DNA of 64,000 nucleotides from an uncultured Gemmatimonadaceae bacterium (GCA_963751275.1 CAVVTZ010000009.1:544001-608000); one strand, 5' to 3'. Shown: positions 1-10,864, counted from the first letter of the stretch. A program made the numbers and translations. The notes: a model not told the origin generated them from the letters alone.

Positions 1-60
1 TTCCCACGGATGGATCGCAGATCCACACGTTCATTGGAACGAAGATCGAAAGGAGGAAGC

Positions 61-3000
61 ATGGGACGTCTTGTCAAGTCAGTTCTCGCGATCGTTTGCG
101 CGCTGATCGCGTTGCCCGCATTGGCGGCAGCGCAGGAAGGCGCAACGATCAGCGGGCGCGTGACGAGTGAGGCCGGTGCACCACTGAATTCCGCCAACGT
201 GTTCCTCGAAGGGATGAACATCGGAACGCTGGCGAAGGAAGATGGCCGGTACACGTTCGTCGTGCCCGCAGCCCGCGTGAAGGGCCAGCAGGTGACAGTG
301 ACCGCCCGCTTGATCGGCTACCGCGCGAAGTCGGCGACGATCACGCTCGCGGCCGGTGCGATCACGCAGGATTTCGTGTTGGCGACCAATCCGCTCCGGC
401 TCGGCGAAGTCGTCGTGACGGGTGCCGGTACGGCCACCACGGTCGGCAAGCTTGGCGTCGTGATCAACAACGTCGACTCGACGGCGATCGCGAATTCGAG
501 CGAATACAACATCGTGAACGCGCTGGCGGCGAAGGCGCCGAACGTCAAGGTCAATAGCCAGGCGGGCGACCCGGGCGCTTCGTCGTACATCCAGATCCGC
601 GGGCTCCGGTCGCTGTCGGGCACGGGGCAGCCGCTGTTCGTGGTCGACGGCACGCCGATCGACAACCAGACGAACTCCACCACGGGCTCGACGGGCGGCA
701 CGGTGGCCCCGAACCGCGCGGCGGACATCGATCCGAACGACATCGAGTCGGTGGACATCCTGAAGGGTTCGGCGGCGGCCGCGATCTACGGTGCGGCGGC
801 GTCGGACGGCGCGATCCTGATCACGACGAAGTCCGGTAAGTCGGGCGCGACGCGCTTCAGCTTCTCGTCGCAGCTGCAGGTGAACGGTGTGAGCCACGAG
901 GTCCCGCTGCAGACGGACTACGCGCAGGGCAACGGCGGGGTGACCGATAAGTGCGCCGCGAACCTGACGACGGGCTGCACGGCGACCAGCATCTCCTACG
1001 GCGCGTCGCTCGCGGGCGGCACGACGACGTACGATCACTACACCGAGCTGTTCCGCGAAGGCGATCAGTGGAACAACAACCTGATGCTCTCCGGCGGCAA
1101 CGATCGGACCACGTACTACCTGTCGATGGGGTATTCGAATACCCAGGGTGTCATCACGGGCCCGAACAACTGGTACGACCAGTACAATCTGCGCGTGAAG
1201 GCGTCGCAGCGGCTGGCTGACCGCGTCGTGGTCAGCGGCAACATCGCGTACGTCGACACGCACGGGTCGTTCATTCAGCGTGGTTCCAACGTGTCCGGCC
1301 TCTTGCTCGGCGGATTGCGCACGCCGCCGGCGTTCAACAACCAGCCGTACCTCGACACGATCACCGGGTTGCAGCGCTCGTACCGGCATCCGGCGTACTG
1401 GCCGGGTTCGCAGGTGTCGTCGCGCGGCTACGACAATCCGTTCTTCGTGCTGAACTCCGATCCGGCGACGTCGCAATTGAATCGCGCGTTCGGCAATGTG
1501 GCCGTCGACTGGGAAGTCAACGACTGGCTGTCCGTCAAGGACAACCTGGGCGCGGACTACTACAACGACCAGCGCACGGAAGCGCTGGCGCAGTCGTCGT
1601 CCGGGTTCCCGACCGGTCTGGTGACCGTCGGCAACTATTCGGTCTACAGCATCGACAACTATCTGACCGCGACCGGCACGAAGACGTTCAATCCGGACTT
1701 CAGCGGGTCGTTGACGCTGGGCACGGACGTGCAGTCGAACAGCCAGACGCAGAACTTCACGCAGGGCCAGACGCTGGTCGCGCCGACGCCGTACGCGATC
1801 ACGAACACGGTGACCTACGTGCCCTCGACGTACAGTTCGCTCATCCATTCGCTCTCGTACTACGCGCATGCGACGGCGGACCTGTTCAATCAGCTGTATG
1901 TGACGCTCGGCGTTCGCCGCGACGGGTTCTCGACGTTCGGTGCGAGCGAGCCGTATGCCTGGTATCCGCAGGCCAACGTGGCGTGGACGTTCACGAACGC
2001 GTTGGGCAACACGGAACAGAAGGGTGTGCTGAGCTTCGGCAAGGTACGCGTCGGTTACGGCGAGACGGGCAAGCCGCCCGCTCCGTACTCCACGCAGACC
2101 GTGCTGGCGGCCGGCGCCTCGACGTTCTATGGGTCGGGCTACGGCGACTTCCTCCTCGGTTCGCAGAACGGGCATGGCGGTCTGTTGAGCGGGGCGAATC
2201 TGGGCAACGACAACATCCTGCCCGAGCGTGAGAAGGAACTGGAAGCCGGTCTTGATTTCGGCTTCTTCAACCAGACCGTCGATGCCGGCATCACGTGGTA
2301 CAAGGAGAACTCGACGGACGTCATTCAGGCGCTGCCGATCCCGCCGTCCACCGGCTACACGGGCGCGCTGTCGAACGCCGCGGCGATCGAGAACAAGGGC
2401 TTTGAAGTGACCGCGAATTGGCGTCCGCTGACCACGGCGAAGACGTCGCTGGAGTTCGGTGTCACGTGGGGCCAGAACTTCACGAACGCCACGAGTCTGG
2501 GCGGCGCGCAGTTCTACTACATCGCCGGCGGTACGTTCACCGGCGCCGTGGGTGCCATGTACCTGAACAACGGCATCGTGATGCAGGGGCAGGACTTCGT
2601 CCGCTGCGGTAAAGGTCTCGAGGATGCTACCGATCCGACCATCGCGTCGTACTGTGATGGCGCGCCCAAGAACGCGCTGTACATCGATGCGAACGGCTTC
2701 CCGATCACGGATCCGAACCAGCAGATCATCGCGAATCCGAATCCGAGCTGGATCGGTGGGTTCCATGGTTCGCTGCGCTTCGACAAGCTCACCGTGACGT
2801 TCCTGGTGGATCACAAGCAGGGCGGCCAGGTGTGGAACGGGACGCAGGGCGCACTCGAGTACTTCGGAACGCACAAGATCACGGATCTCCGCAACACGAA
2901 CCAGACGTTCGGTACGTCGGGCTGGTTCCCGGGCGCCGTCGTCGGTCCGGGCGCGGGCACGTCTGTGCTGATCGATCAGAATTGGTTCGAGGGCGACGGC

Positions 3001-3288
3001 TCAGGCTTCAGCGGTCCGTCGGCTCAGAACGTGGAAGACGGCACGTACACCAAGCTCCGCGAGATCGGCCTGCAGTACACGCTGGCCGGACGCTGGGTCA
3101 CGCACAATCTCGGTCTTTCGAGCGTGGACCTGCGCTTCGCGGGACGCAACCTGTACACCTGGACGAACTACACGGGCGTCGATCCCGAGACGAACCTCGG
3201 CGGAGCCGGCGTGACGTTCCAGGGCGTCGACTACTTCAACAGTCCGCAGACCAGGTCGTTCGTGTTTTCCATCGGCCTGAACCGCTAG
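61..3288 (+). CDS. SusC/RagA-family TonB-dependent outer membrane receptor (copy 1)
   Basis: GGAGG RBS before ATG61 and a signal peptide. Carboxypeptidase-regulatory-like N-domain, plug motifs PLFVVDG and DIDPNDIESVDILKG..AAAIYG, and a typical C-terminal barrel. Confidence 0.95.
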   Translation: MGRLVKSVLAIVCALIALPALAAAQEGATISGRVTSEAGAPLNSANVFLEGMNIGTLAKEDGRYTFVVPAARVKGQQVTVTARLIGYRAKSATITLAAGAITQDFVLATNPLRLGEVVVTGAGTATTVGKLGVVINNVDSTAIANSSEYNIVNALAAKAPNVKVNSQAGDPGASSYIQIRGLRSLSGTGQPLFVVDGTPIDNQTNSTTGSTGGTVAPNRAADIDPNDIESVDILKGSAAAAIYGAAASDGAILITTKSGKSGATRFSFSSQLQVNGVSHEVPLQTDYAQGNGGVTDKCAANLTTGCTATSISYGASLAGGTTTYDHYTELFREGDQWNNNLMLSGGNDRTTYYLSMGYSNTQGVITGPNNWYDQYNLRVKASQRLADRVVVSGNIAYVDTHGSFIQRGSNVSGLLLGGLRTPPAFNNQPYLDTITGLQRSYRHPAYWPGSQVSSRGYDNPFFVLNSDPATSQLNRAFGNVAVDWEVNDWLSVKDNLGADYYNDQRTEALAQSSSGFPTGLVTVGNYSVYSIDNYLTATGTKTFNPDFSGSLTLGTDVQSNSQTQNFTQGQTLVAPTPYAITNTVTYVPSTYSSLIHSLSYYAHATADLFNQLYVTLGVRRDGFSTFGASEPYAWYPQANVAWTFTNALGNTEQKGVLSFGKVRVGYGETGKPPAPYSTQTVLAAGASTFYGSGYGDFLLGSQNGHGGLLSGANLGNDNILPEREKELEAGLDFGFFNQTVDAGITWYKENSTDVIQALPIPPSTGYTGALSNAAAIENKGFEVTANWRPLTTAKTSLEFGVTWGQNFTNATSLGGAQFYYIAGGTFTGAVGAMYLNNGIVMQGQDFVRCGKGLEDATDPTIASYCDGAPKNALYIDANGFPITDPNQQIIANPNPSWIGGFHGSLRFDKLTVTFLVDHKQGGQVWNGTQGALEYFGTHKITDLRNTNQTFGTSGWFPGAVVGPGAGTSVLIDQNWFEGDGSGFSGPSAQNVEDGTYTKLREIGLQYTLAGRWVTHNLGLSSVDLRFAGRNLYTWTNYTGVDPETNLGGAGVTFQGVDYFNSPQTRSFVFSIGLNR

Positions 3289-3298
3289 GAGACCCCAG

Positions 3299-4717
3299 GT
3301 GCATAAACTCATAAAGATCACACTCGCGGCCGCGCTGCCCGTTGTCTGGGCAGCCGGTTGCAGCGACTTCCTGAAGGGCGGCGAGTTGACGAACAACCCC
3401 AACAACGCCACCCAGGGGAGCGCCACGAACGACAACCTGTTCATCCCGATCCAGGTGAACCAGATCGCGCAGCAGAATTCCGAGGTCGCGTGGGGGATCG
3501 CCCAGTGGTTGCAGTCGCTGTACGGGCACGCGCGGCAGCAGGTCGGGACGTACAACTATCTCAATGCACAGCTGGGTACGGCCGGGTGGGACAACGATTG
3601 GAACACCATCTGGACCGGAGGCGGGCTGACGGATATTCGCCAGCTCGAGGTGCAGGCTCTGGCCCAGAGCGTGCCGGACCACAAGTACAACGGCATCGCG
3701 CTCATCATGGAAGCCTGGATGATCGGCAACGGGGCTGACTGGTGGGGTGCTCTGCCGTACTCGCAGGCGAATAACTACTTCGTGTACCCGACCCCTGCGT
3801 TCGACTCGCAGCAGGTGGTGTACGACAGCGTCCTCTCGAAGCTCGATCAGGGTATCAGCGAGCTGGCGATTGGCGGTGTCGGTCCCGGACCCGGCGTAGA
3901 CCTCGTCTACAACGGGAGCTCGGCGAAGTGGACGGCGTTGGCGCACACGCTCAAGGCGCGCTTCATGCTGCACGAAGTGCTCGCCGGGGGCGCGACGTAT
4001 GCCAATGTGCTCACGGAAGCCAACCTGGGTATCGCGTCGAACGCGGGCGACTACAACTCGTACTTCGTCGACGGCATCCAGAACTCGTCGAACAACTGGT
4101 GGCAGGAAATGGATGGCGGCGGTGGCACGGGCCGGTCCGGCGACATCATCGCAGGCATTGCGACGTCCTCCCCGGGCGGCGTGGCGCATGACACGGCGAA
4201 GATCGTGAAGTTGCTCCGGGCCGCCAGCGATCCGCGTCTCCTCGAGTACTTCGACCCCGCCAATGACAACGAAGCTTTCCTGACTAAGTTCCGGCTCAGC
4301 GCTGGGTTCCCCCAGCCGCTGGTCACGTACAATGAGAACCTGCTCATCAAGGCCGAGGCGCAGTTGCACACCGGTGATGCTGCCGGCGCGCTGACGACGC
4401 TCAGGGCGGAGCAGGCGGCGTGGGCTGCTACTGGCGTGCCGTGGCATAACGCGCTCACCATCACGCCGGCGTCGGTCGCCAACGACAGCACCATCGGAAC
4501 GGAGAAGTACTTCACGCTGTTCCAGAACGTCGAGTCCTGGAACGACTGGAAGCGCCTCTGCTTCCCGAAGCTGCTTCCCGTTGCGGCGAATCCAACGTTC
4601 GGGAACACGATCCCGTCGCGTATCCTGTACCAGATCACGGAGCTCCAGACGAATCCGAACGTGCCGGCGAACGGTCCGTTCAACTGGAACGACACGCGTA
4701 AGGGTTGCACCAGCTGA
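3299..4717 (+). CDS. SusD/RagB-family lipoprotein (copy 1)
   Basis: Lipobox AAGC, NNPN motif, W..LAHTLKARF and ESWNDWKR; directly follows SusC. Confidence 0.92.
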   Translation: MHKLIKITLAAALPVVWAAGCSDFLKGGELTNNPNNATQGSATNDNLFIPIQVNQIAQQNSEVAWGIAQWLQSLYGHARQQVGTYNYLNAQLGTAGWDNDWNTIWTGGGLTDIRQLEVQALAQSVPDHKYNGIALIMEAWMIGNGADWWGALPYSQANNYFVYPTPAFDSQQVVYDSVLSKLDQGISELAIGGVGPGPGVDLVYNGSSAKWTALAHTLKARFMLHEVLAGGATYANVLTEANLGIASNAGDYNSYFVDGIQNSSNNWWQEMDGGGGTGRSGDIIAGIATSSPGGVAHDTAKIVKLLRAASDPRLLEYFDPANDNEAFLTKFRLSAGFPQPLVTYNENLLIKAEAQLHTGDAAGALTTLRAEQAAWAATGVPWHNALTITPASVANDSTIGTEKYFTLFQNVESWNDWKRLCFPKLLPVAANPTFGNTIPSRILYQITELQTNPNVPANGPFNWNDTRKGCTS

Positions 4718-4764
4718 CGGCAGGCGCTTAACAGCTGGCTGGTAGGGTAGTCGAAAAAGTAAGG

Positions 4765-4795
4765 CAGCCCGGCCCGGAACGTTCGGGCCGGGCTG
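4765..4795 (+). terminator. GC-rich hairpin after susD1
   Basis: cagcccggccc...gggccgggctg inverted repeat; no clear U-tract. Confidence 0.6.
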
Positions 4796-4902
4796 TCGTA
4801 CATCTAAGGGATGCGCCACACGCGCGGCATCGTGCCTTGACGAAGTGCCGCAACGTGAGCCAACTTCAAGCACCCGATATTCTTATCACCCCAAAGGATT
4901 CG

Positions 4903-5343
4903 ATGCGCCGATTCGCCCCGTTCGTCCTAATCGTGGCTTTGGCGGGTTGCTATACGTACGCGCCACTCACGCCGCCCACACTGACGCCGCCGCCAGGCAA
5001 GGATTTGCGCGTGCAGCTGACGCTCACCGGCGGCGATTCGCTCGCGCGCTTCGTGGGCCCCAATGTGGCCTCGATCGACGGGCGCCTCGTTCTCACGAAC
5101 GAGGACGGCCTCGAGATCGGCGTCAAGCAGGTGACGATGCACGACGGCATGGAGCAGTACTGGAAGGGGGAGACCGTCATGATCCCCAAGCAGTACATTG
5201 CATCGATCGAGGGAAGGAAGTTCTCGTGGCCGAAGACGGGGTTGCTCGCGGGGGTCGTGGTGGTGTCGCTGCTCGCGCTGCAGGCTTCGGGCGCGGTCAG
5301 CGGAGTATTCGGCAGCGGCGGCAGCGGCGGACAGCCCAAGTAG
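4903..5343 (+). CDS. Hypothetical lipoprotein with C-terminal hydrophobic segment
   Basis: MRRFAPFVLIVALAGC lipobox; coding-like codon usage. Confidence 0.75.
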   Translation: MRRFAPFVLIVALAGCYTYAPLTPPTLTPPPGKDLRVQLTLTGGDSLARFVGPNVASIDGRLVLTNEDGLEIGVKQVTMHDGMEQYWKGETVMIPKQYIASIEGRKFSWPKTGLLAGVVVVSLLALQASGAVSGVFGSGGSGGQPK

Positions 5344-5471
5344 CCGGCCGCGGAGCAGTCGGAGAACGTCCGGCCGGGATTTGACTTCCCGGGTAGGTTG
5401 CGAGTCTTAGGTATGGCTCCCGCCCTCGGTGGGGGGCCCTGTTCCGTTCCATTCCTGTTTGTGGAGGCCTC

Positions 5472-6692
5472 ATGCGCACGATGCGGTCGGGTGTCAGGCT
5501 CGTCGCCGGCGCACTTACGCTCCTGATCGGCGGCGCGTTGAGCGTTGCTGCACAGGCGCCTGAGGGAACCGGGATCACGCCGACGCCGTCCTATCCGGCG
5601 ACGCTCCGTTATGGCACCGGCCTGGTGGACATCCCCGTGGCCTGGATCTCTCCCTATAACGGCGACGTCTGGATCAACATCTCGGGCACGGACATCCCCG
5701 CATGCGGGAGCCCGTGCAATCTGAACGGTGATGAGAAGTGGAATTCGAACCTCTCGATCGAGACGCACTGGATGCAGCGTTTCTCGTTGGGGCTCTCGAT
5801 CTACAGCAATAATCCCGAATGGGGATTCTACGGGCAATTCCTGGCGCTCACCGAGAAGGAGGGAAGCGCCCGCCCCGCCATCGCGATCGGGTTCCGCAAT
5901 CTGGGCCCGTACACGCACGAGGAACGGCTGCTGATCGGTCACGACGTGGCCGTCGATTCGAACGGTGGCACGACGCCCATCAATCCGACATGGTCGGAGG
6001 GGTTCAAGACCGCACCGACCTTCTACGGGGTTGCGACGAAGAATTGGCACGTAGGCAGCACCGGCACGATCGGCGCGACGCTCGGGTACGGCACCGGCCT
6101 CTTCAGCGACAACGGGAATCTCGGCACGGCCTACAACGACAAGGGCACGATCGTGAAGGGACTCTTCCTGGGCGCGCGTTACGCGTTCCGCCCGTCGGAG
6201 AGCACCACGCTCAACTTCATGCTCGAGAACAATGGGTGGGACTGGAACGCCGGCGTCGTGGGCGACTGGAAGGGGATCTATCTCGGCTTCTACGCGACGG
6301 AGCTCGAAGAGGGCGGCATGTCGCCCACGAAGGGTGCGTTGTACCAGGTGTACAACTACACGAAGTTCAGCATCGAGATCGGGCTCTCGACCAACATCTT
6401 CCTCGCGAAGGAGGGGACGGTGCTGCGCTCGCAGGTGGCGGATCTGCAGCGCGAGCAGGCGCAGTTGAACGCGTCCATCGCGCAGAGTAACGCGAAGATC
6501 GAGGACCTGCAGAAGCAACTGACGAAGGCGCAAGCCGGCGGTCTCGCGGAGGTCTCGAAGCGGCGCGAGCAACTGGACGCGCAGATCCAGGAAGAGAAGG
6601 AATCGATCCGCCGGGCCGAAGAGCGGCTGCAGCAGTTGCAGGGCGCACAGAAACCGACCCCGCCGCCATCCGGCGGCACACCGCCGCGTTAA
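5472..6692 (+). CDS. Outer-membrane beta-barrel (YjbH-like N-terminus) with C-terminal coiled coil, paralog A
   Basis: GGAGG RBS, signal peptide, YGTGLVDIPVAW motif, aromatic-rich strands, about 70 aa heptad tail. Confidence 0.75.
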   Translation: MRTMRSGVRLVAGALTLLIGGALSVAAQAPEGTGITPTPSYPATLRYGTGLVDIPVAWISPYNGDVWINISGTDIPACGSPCNLNGDEKWNSNLSIETHWMQRFSLGLSIYSNNPEWGFYGQFLALTEKEGSARPAIAIGFRNLGPYTHEERLLIGHDVAVDSNGGTTPINPTWSEGFKTAPTFYGVATKNWHVGSTGTIGATLGYGTGLFSDNGNLGTAYNDKGTIVKGLFLGARYAFRPSESTTLNFMLENNGWDWNAGVVGDWKGIYLGFYATELEEGGMSPTKGALYQVYNYTKFSIEIGLSTNIFLAKEGTVLRSQVADLQREQAQLNASIAQSNAKIEDLQKQLTKAQAGGLAEVSKRREQLDAQIQEEKESIRRAEERLQQLQGAQKPTPPPSGGTPPR

Positions 6693-6704
6693 CCCAGGTG
6701 CACC

Positions 6705-7919
6705 ATGAATAGGAACGCGACGAATTTCACGGTGGGGGCGGCGCTCGTGGCGCTGGCGGCGTTCGCGCCGCGCGTGGGCGCTCAGTCCTACCCGCAAACG
6801 CTCTATTGGGGCGCGGGGCTGATCGACATCCCGGTGGCCTGGGTGGCGCCGGTGTCGGGAGACTTCGCGATCTCCTTCTCCGGGCAGACCTTCAACAGCG
6901 CGGTGGCCTCGCCGCAGCTCGCGGCGCTCGACGGCTTCAACACGAACGGCGCCTTCTCGCTGTCGTTGTGGAGCCGCCTCGAGCTCGGGTTCGCGATCTA
7001 CTCGAACAATCCCGAATGGGGATTCTTCGCGAGCGGCCTCGTGCTGAACGAGGAGAGCTACCGGATGAACACCGGCGCTTCGCACTGGATCCCGAGCCTC
7101 TCGCTGGGCGTCCGAAACGTGGGTCCATACGATCACGTGGACCGCTACACGATCGGGTACGAACTCTTCCCCGGGCCGCCGTCGGGACCGGCCGTGGTGC
7201 ATGAGCCCGACTCGCTGCACCAGAACTTCAAGACGGCGATGACGCTGTACGGCGTCGTCACGAAATCGTTCGCGCTCAACGAGATCAAGCCGACGTGGGG
7301 GATGACCAACATCAGCATCTCCCTCGGCTACGGCGACGGCCTTTTCTCCAATGATGGCGGCCTCGGCCGGGCATACTCCAACCAGTCCACCGGCGGCCTC
7401 TTCGGGGGCGTGAAGGTGGATCTCTATCCGACGTCGTCGAGCACGCTGTCGTTCCTGCTCGAGCAGAACGCGTGGCAGTGGAACCTGGGCGCGAACTACG
7501 ATTTCCGCGGGATCCGCATCGGCGCCTACTGGATGAACCTCTTCCCGGGCCAGGCGGACACGGGCGTCGCGGCGCAGCTGTACAACTACAGCAAGTTCGC
7601 GCTGTCGCTCAGCTGGCAGAGCAATCTCCTGGGCATCGTGCACGGCGACTTCCTGCAGAAACAGCAGGCGGAGCTGACCCAGCAGGTCGCGACGCTCAAC
7701 GGCGAGATCGCCGCGCGCCAGCAGCGCATCGCATCGCTCGAACTCGAGATCCAGCGCTACGAAGCGCAGAACCTGCTCGAGCTGGAGCAGCGGCGCGCCG
7801 CCGCGGAACAGGCGCTGCGCCAGGAGAAGGACGCGCTGCGCTCGCTCGAGGAGCGCCTGCAGAAACTGGAGCAGAACGCGCCGCCGCCCACGACCCCGGC
7901 GAAGCCGCCCCAGGGATGA
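6705..7919 (+). CDS. Outer-membrane beta-barrel with C-terminal coiled coil, paralog B
   Basis: Shares WGAGLIDIPVAW, IYSNNPEWGF, RNVGPY, GYGDGLFS and YNYSKF with the upstream gene; coiled-coil tail. Confidence 0.75.
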   Translation: MNRNATNFTVGAALVALAAFAPRVGAQSYPQTLYWGAGLIDIPVAWVAPVSGDFAISFSGQTFNSAVASPQLAALDGFNTNGAFSLSLWSRLELGFAIYSNNPEWGFFASGLVLNEESYRMNTGASHWIPSLSLGVRNVGPYDHVDRYTIGYELFPGPPSGPAVVHEPDSLHQNFKTAMTLYGVVTKSFALNEIKPTWGMTNISISLGYGDGLFSNDGGLGRAYSNQSTGGLFGGVKVDLYPTSSSTLSFLLEQNAWQWNLGANYDFRGIRIGAYWMNLFPGQADTGVAAQLYNYSKFALSLSWQSNLLGIVHGDFLQKQQAELTQQVATLNGEIAARQQRIASLELEIQRYEAQNLLELEQRRAAAEQALRQEKDALRSLEERLQKLEQNAPPPTTPAKPPQG

Positions 7920-8641
7920 GGATCCCCCCCGTGCACCTCCACGCAGTCTCGCGCGCTCTCCGCATTCTCGGCGTCGTCGTGCTCGTTCCGGCGGCGATGC
8001 CGGCCCAGCAGACCGACTCGTCGACCATGCAGCAGGCGTACGAACAGCGGCGCGTCGAGCTGCTGAAGGACCTGCAGCAGACGCAGGATTCGCTCGGCTC
8101 GCTGCGCTCGCAGCGCGTGCGCCTCGAGTCGCACATCGACAACGTGCTCGCGCAGAGCACCGAGCAGCGCGCGCAGCAGCTGCTCATCAGCGGCGACCTG
8201 AACGCGCTGCTGCAGCTGGACGCGGTGCTCGCGCAGGCGCAGGAGAACATGACCGCGCAGCGCGACCGGATGACCGCGCTCGGCGACGCCGTACGCAAGC
8301 GGGCCGGCGCGGTGCTGGTGGTGCTCTTTCGCGCCGACTCCTCGCCCGATGGCGCGGTGACGGCACTCGAGCTCTCGATCGACAACACCGGCGCGGCGAC
8401 CCGGGCGTACTCGCCGACGATGGCCCATGCGCTGAGCCAGGGCGCGGTGGATGAGCTGTATAACGCCGAGATGCTCCCCACGGTGCACACGGTGGAGGCC
8501 AAGACGACCGTGGGCGGCCAGCCGGTGACGGCGGCGCTCAACGTTCAGACGGCCGCGAACATGGTCACGTATGTCCAGTTCAGCGCGAAGGATGGCAAGG
8601 TGACCTCGTCGACGTGGACGAGCCAGGGCACGACTCCCTGA
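7916..8641 (+). CDS. Secreted coiled-coil plus beta-sandwich protein
   Basis: ATGA overlap with the previous stop, signal peptide, Q/E/L heptads followed by a beta-rich domain. Confidence 0.75.
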   Translation: MRIPPVHLHAVSRALRILGVVVLVPAAMPAQQTDSSTMQQAYEQRRVELLKDLQQTQDSLGSLRSQRVRLESHIDNVLAQSTEQRAQQLLISGDLNALLQLDAVLAQAQENMTAQRDRMTALGDAVRKRAGAVLVVLFRADSSPDGAVTALELSIDNTGAATRAYSPTMAHALSQGAVDELYNAEMLPTVHTVEAKTTVGGQPVTAALNVQTAANMVTYVQFSAKDGKVTSSTWTSQGTTP

Positions 8642-8658
8642 GCATCCGGCTGCGGTCC

Positions 8659-10863
8659 ATGCGCGTCCTGACGCTCTGTGCAGTCGTCGCGCTGGGAGCG
8701 GCGTCGCCGCTCCCCGCGCAGCAGCCTGCGCCGGCGCGTCCCGACAGCGCGCCCAAGCCCGCCGCCTCGAACGCCTCGCTGCTGCCGCCCGTCACTCCGG
8801 CGCCCGACCAGGCGCGCGGCGTGGACGCGGAACTGCGTGCGGCGCTCTTCGATCTCGTCGCGAACCGGCCGCTCACGGCGCTCAGCCGCCTCGAGTGGCT
8901 GTCGTCATCCAAGAACGCGATGAACGTGACGCCGGCCGCCGGCCAGCGCACCCGCGAGGACCTGCTCTTTCTCCTCGCCGAGTCGTACTACCGGCTGGGA
9001 CTGAGCGCGAGCTTCCGGAGCACCTCGGCGCAGTTGGTGAAGCTCGCGCCGGCCGGGCGCTATGTGCCGCTCATCCAGTTGCAGCTCACGCTCGATGCGT
9101 ATCGCCGTGGCGACTATGCGGGCGCGCGGGCGGAGGCGGCGAAGGCAGCGGGTGCTCCCGACGCGTCGCTCGCCGATTTCGTGGGCGGGCTGGCCGCGTA
9201 CCAGGGCGGTGACATCACGGCCGCGCGCGCATCGTTCGCGAAGGTGATCGCAGCGGCGGACCCGGCGTACGCGCCGTACGCGAAATACATGGATGCGATC
9301 GCCGCGATGCAGGGCGACACCGCGCGCGCGGCGGCGGCGCTCGAGGCGCTGCGCCCGCTCGCCGCCAGCGCGACGGGGCCGTTCGGCGACCAGCTGCGGC
9401 TTGCCGCGGCGCGGCTCGCCTTCCAGACGGGCCGGTTCGACGTCGCCGCGCAGCTCGCCGCGCAGGTGCCGGCCACGAGCGGGCTCGCGCCCGACGCGAC
9501 CCTGGCGCGCGCGTGGTCGCTGTACCGCGCCGGCCAGTACGATTCCGCGGCGGCGTTCTTCGCCGACTTTGCGACGAAGTGGCCGCAACTGCCCGGCCGC
9601 GATGAAGCGCGCCTGATGCACGGGCAGATCCTGCTCGAGCAGCATCACCCCGCCGACGCCGACGCGTACTTCACGCAGGTGGGCGATTCGCTCGGTGCCG
9701 AGGTCGTGGCGCTGCAGAGCAAGCTGAACGCCGCGATGGCGGCGGCCGCGCATGGCCTGGTCGCGGCCCGCGCGTCGGGCGCGCTCTTCGTGCGCGAGGC
9801 GGCGACGGGCAAGTCGATGGCGCTCGCCCCCGATGCCGGGGCGGAAGGGGCGGTGCTGGTGGCGGCCTTCGCCGGCGCGCCGGCGCCCGCGCGCGCCGAT
9901 TCGACGCCGCCGTCGCTCGTCACCGTGGGCGATCTCCAGGCGCGGTTCTCCACGGTGACGCCGGCACTGCCCGCCGACATCACGATGCGCCCGCTCTACG
10001 CGAACGCGTCGGCGCCTACGGCGTACGGCGATTTCCTGCAGCGCGACCAGAACCTGCTGGCGGCCGACCTCAATGCCGCCATCGCGCAGTATCGCCTCCG
10101 CGCGGCCACCGGCGACTACGCCATGCGCATCGCCGCGCTCAAGAACCTGCAGCTGCTGATCACCGAGGGGACCGCGAATCTCACGGAGATGAACAAGCAG
10201 ATCGCGTTCACCCAGGATTCGCTCACGCGGATGACCGCCCAGCTCGCCGCGGCGCGCGAGCAGATGCGGCGCGCGCTGCTCGTGCAGGCGGCGGCCACGG
10301 CCAGGGCGGCGACGGTGAACATGGCGCGGCTCGACAGCGTCAAGGCATCGCTGGACGGGAGCGTGAATCCCATCGACGCGGACATCCTCGCGACCGAGGC
10401 GCAGACCGCCGCCATCTACCGCCGGCTCGCGGACCAGGTGACGCGCAGCGCCGACTCGGCGATCGGGCGGCACCCGGCCTTCGCGCTCAAGGATTCGCTC
10501 GGCGTGCGGCTCGTGCGCGCGCGCGCCCTCTCCGCGCAGGGGCAGCAACTGCTGGCGGCGAACGGGGTGCTCGTGTCGGCGGAGCTGGTCCGGCTCAATG
10601 CCACCGAGGGCGACCGGACGCGCGGCGCGCGCCAGCAACTCTCGGCCGCGGAGCAGAGCCGCGCGATCGCCGAACTGCAGATGTTCTCGATGCTGGATAG
10701 CGAGTTGCGTGCGCGCGCCTCGCAGATGCTCGACGCGCTCAAGGCCAGCCGCGAAGCGGCGGACTACGGCTCCGCGAGCGCGGCGTTCTTCCTCGCGATC
10801 GACGCGAAGGCCTCCGGATCCGCTGGCGGATCCGCGGCGCCGGCCGCGTCGCCGGAGAAGTAG
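8659..10863 (+). CDS. Periplasmic TPR/coiled-coil protein
   Basis: Signal peptide MRVLTLCAVV..., TPR-like helices (LAESYYRLG, LARAWSLYRAGQY), coiled-coil C-terminal half. Confidence 0.8.
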   Translation: MRVLTLCAVVALGAASPLPAQQPAPARPDSAPKPAASNASLLPPVTPAPDQARGVDAELRAALFDLVANRPLTALSRLEWLSSSKNAMNVTPAAGQRTREDLLFLLAESYYRLGLSASFRSTSAQLVKLAPAGRYVPLIQLQLTLDAYRRGDYAGARAEAAKAAGAPDASLADFVGGLAAYQGGDITAARASFAKVIAAADPAYAPYAKYMDAIAAMQGDTARAAAALEALRPLAASATGPFGDQLRLAAARLAFQTGRFDVAAQLAAQVPATSGLAPDATLARAWSLYRAGQYDSAAAFFADFATKWPQLPGRDEARLMHGQILLEQHHPADADAYFTQVGDSLGAEVVALQSKLNAAMAAAAHGLVAARASGALFVREAATGKSMALAPDAGAEGAVLVAAFAGAPAPARADSTPPSLVTVGDLQARFSTVTPALPADITMRPLYANASAPTAYGDFLQRDQNLLAADLNAAIAQYRLRAATGDYAMRIAALKNLQLLITEGTANLTEMNKQIAFTQDSLTRMTAQLAAAREQMRRALLVQAAATARAATVNMARLDSVKASLDGSVNPIDADILATEAQTAAIYRRLADQVTRSADSAIGRHPAFALKDSLGVRLVRARALSAQGQQLLAANGVLVSAELVRLNATEGDRTRGARQQLSAAEQSRAIAELQMFSMLDSELRARASQMLDALKASREAADYGSASAAFFLAIDAKASGSAGGSAAPAASPEK

Positions 10864-10864
10864 C

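Noticed and set aside
79..2874. Long antisense ORFs (also 4950..7643, 8905..11040, 11319..13364, 37458..39695, 40379..42436, 50597..53146, 61109..62770)
   Set aside because: These are shadow ORFs of high-GC genes, Arg/Ala-rich and without recognisable motifs.
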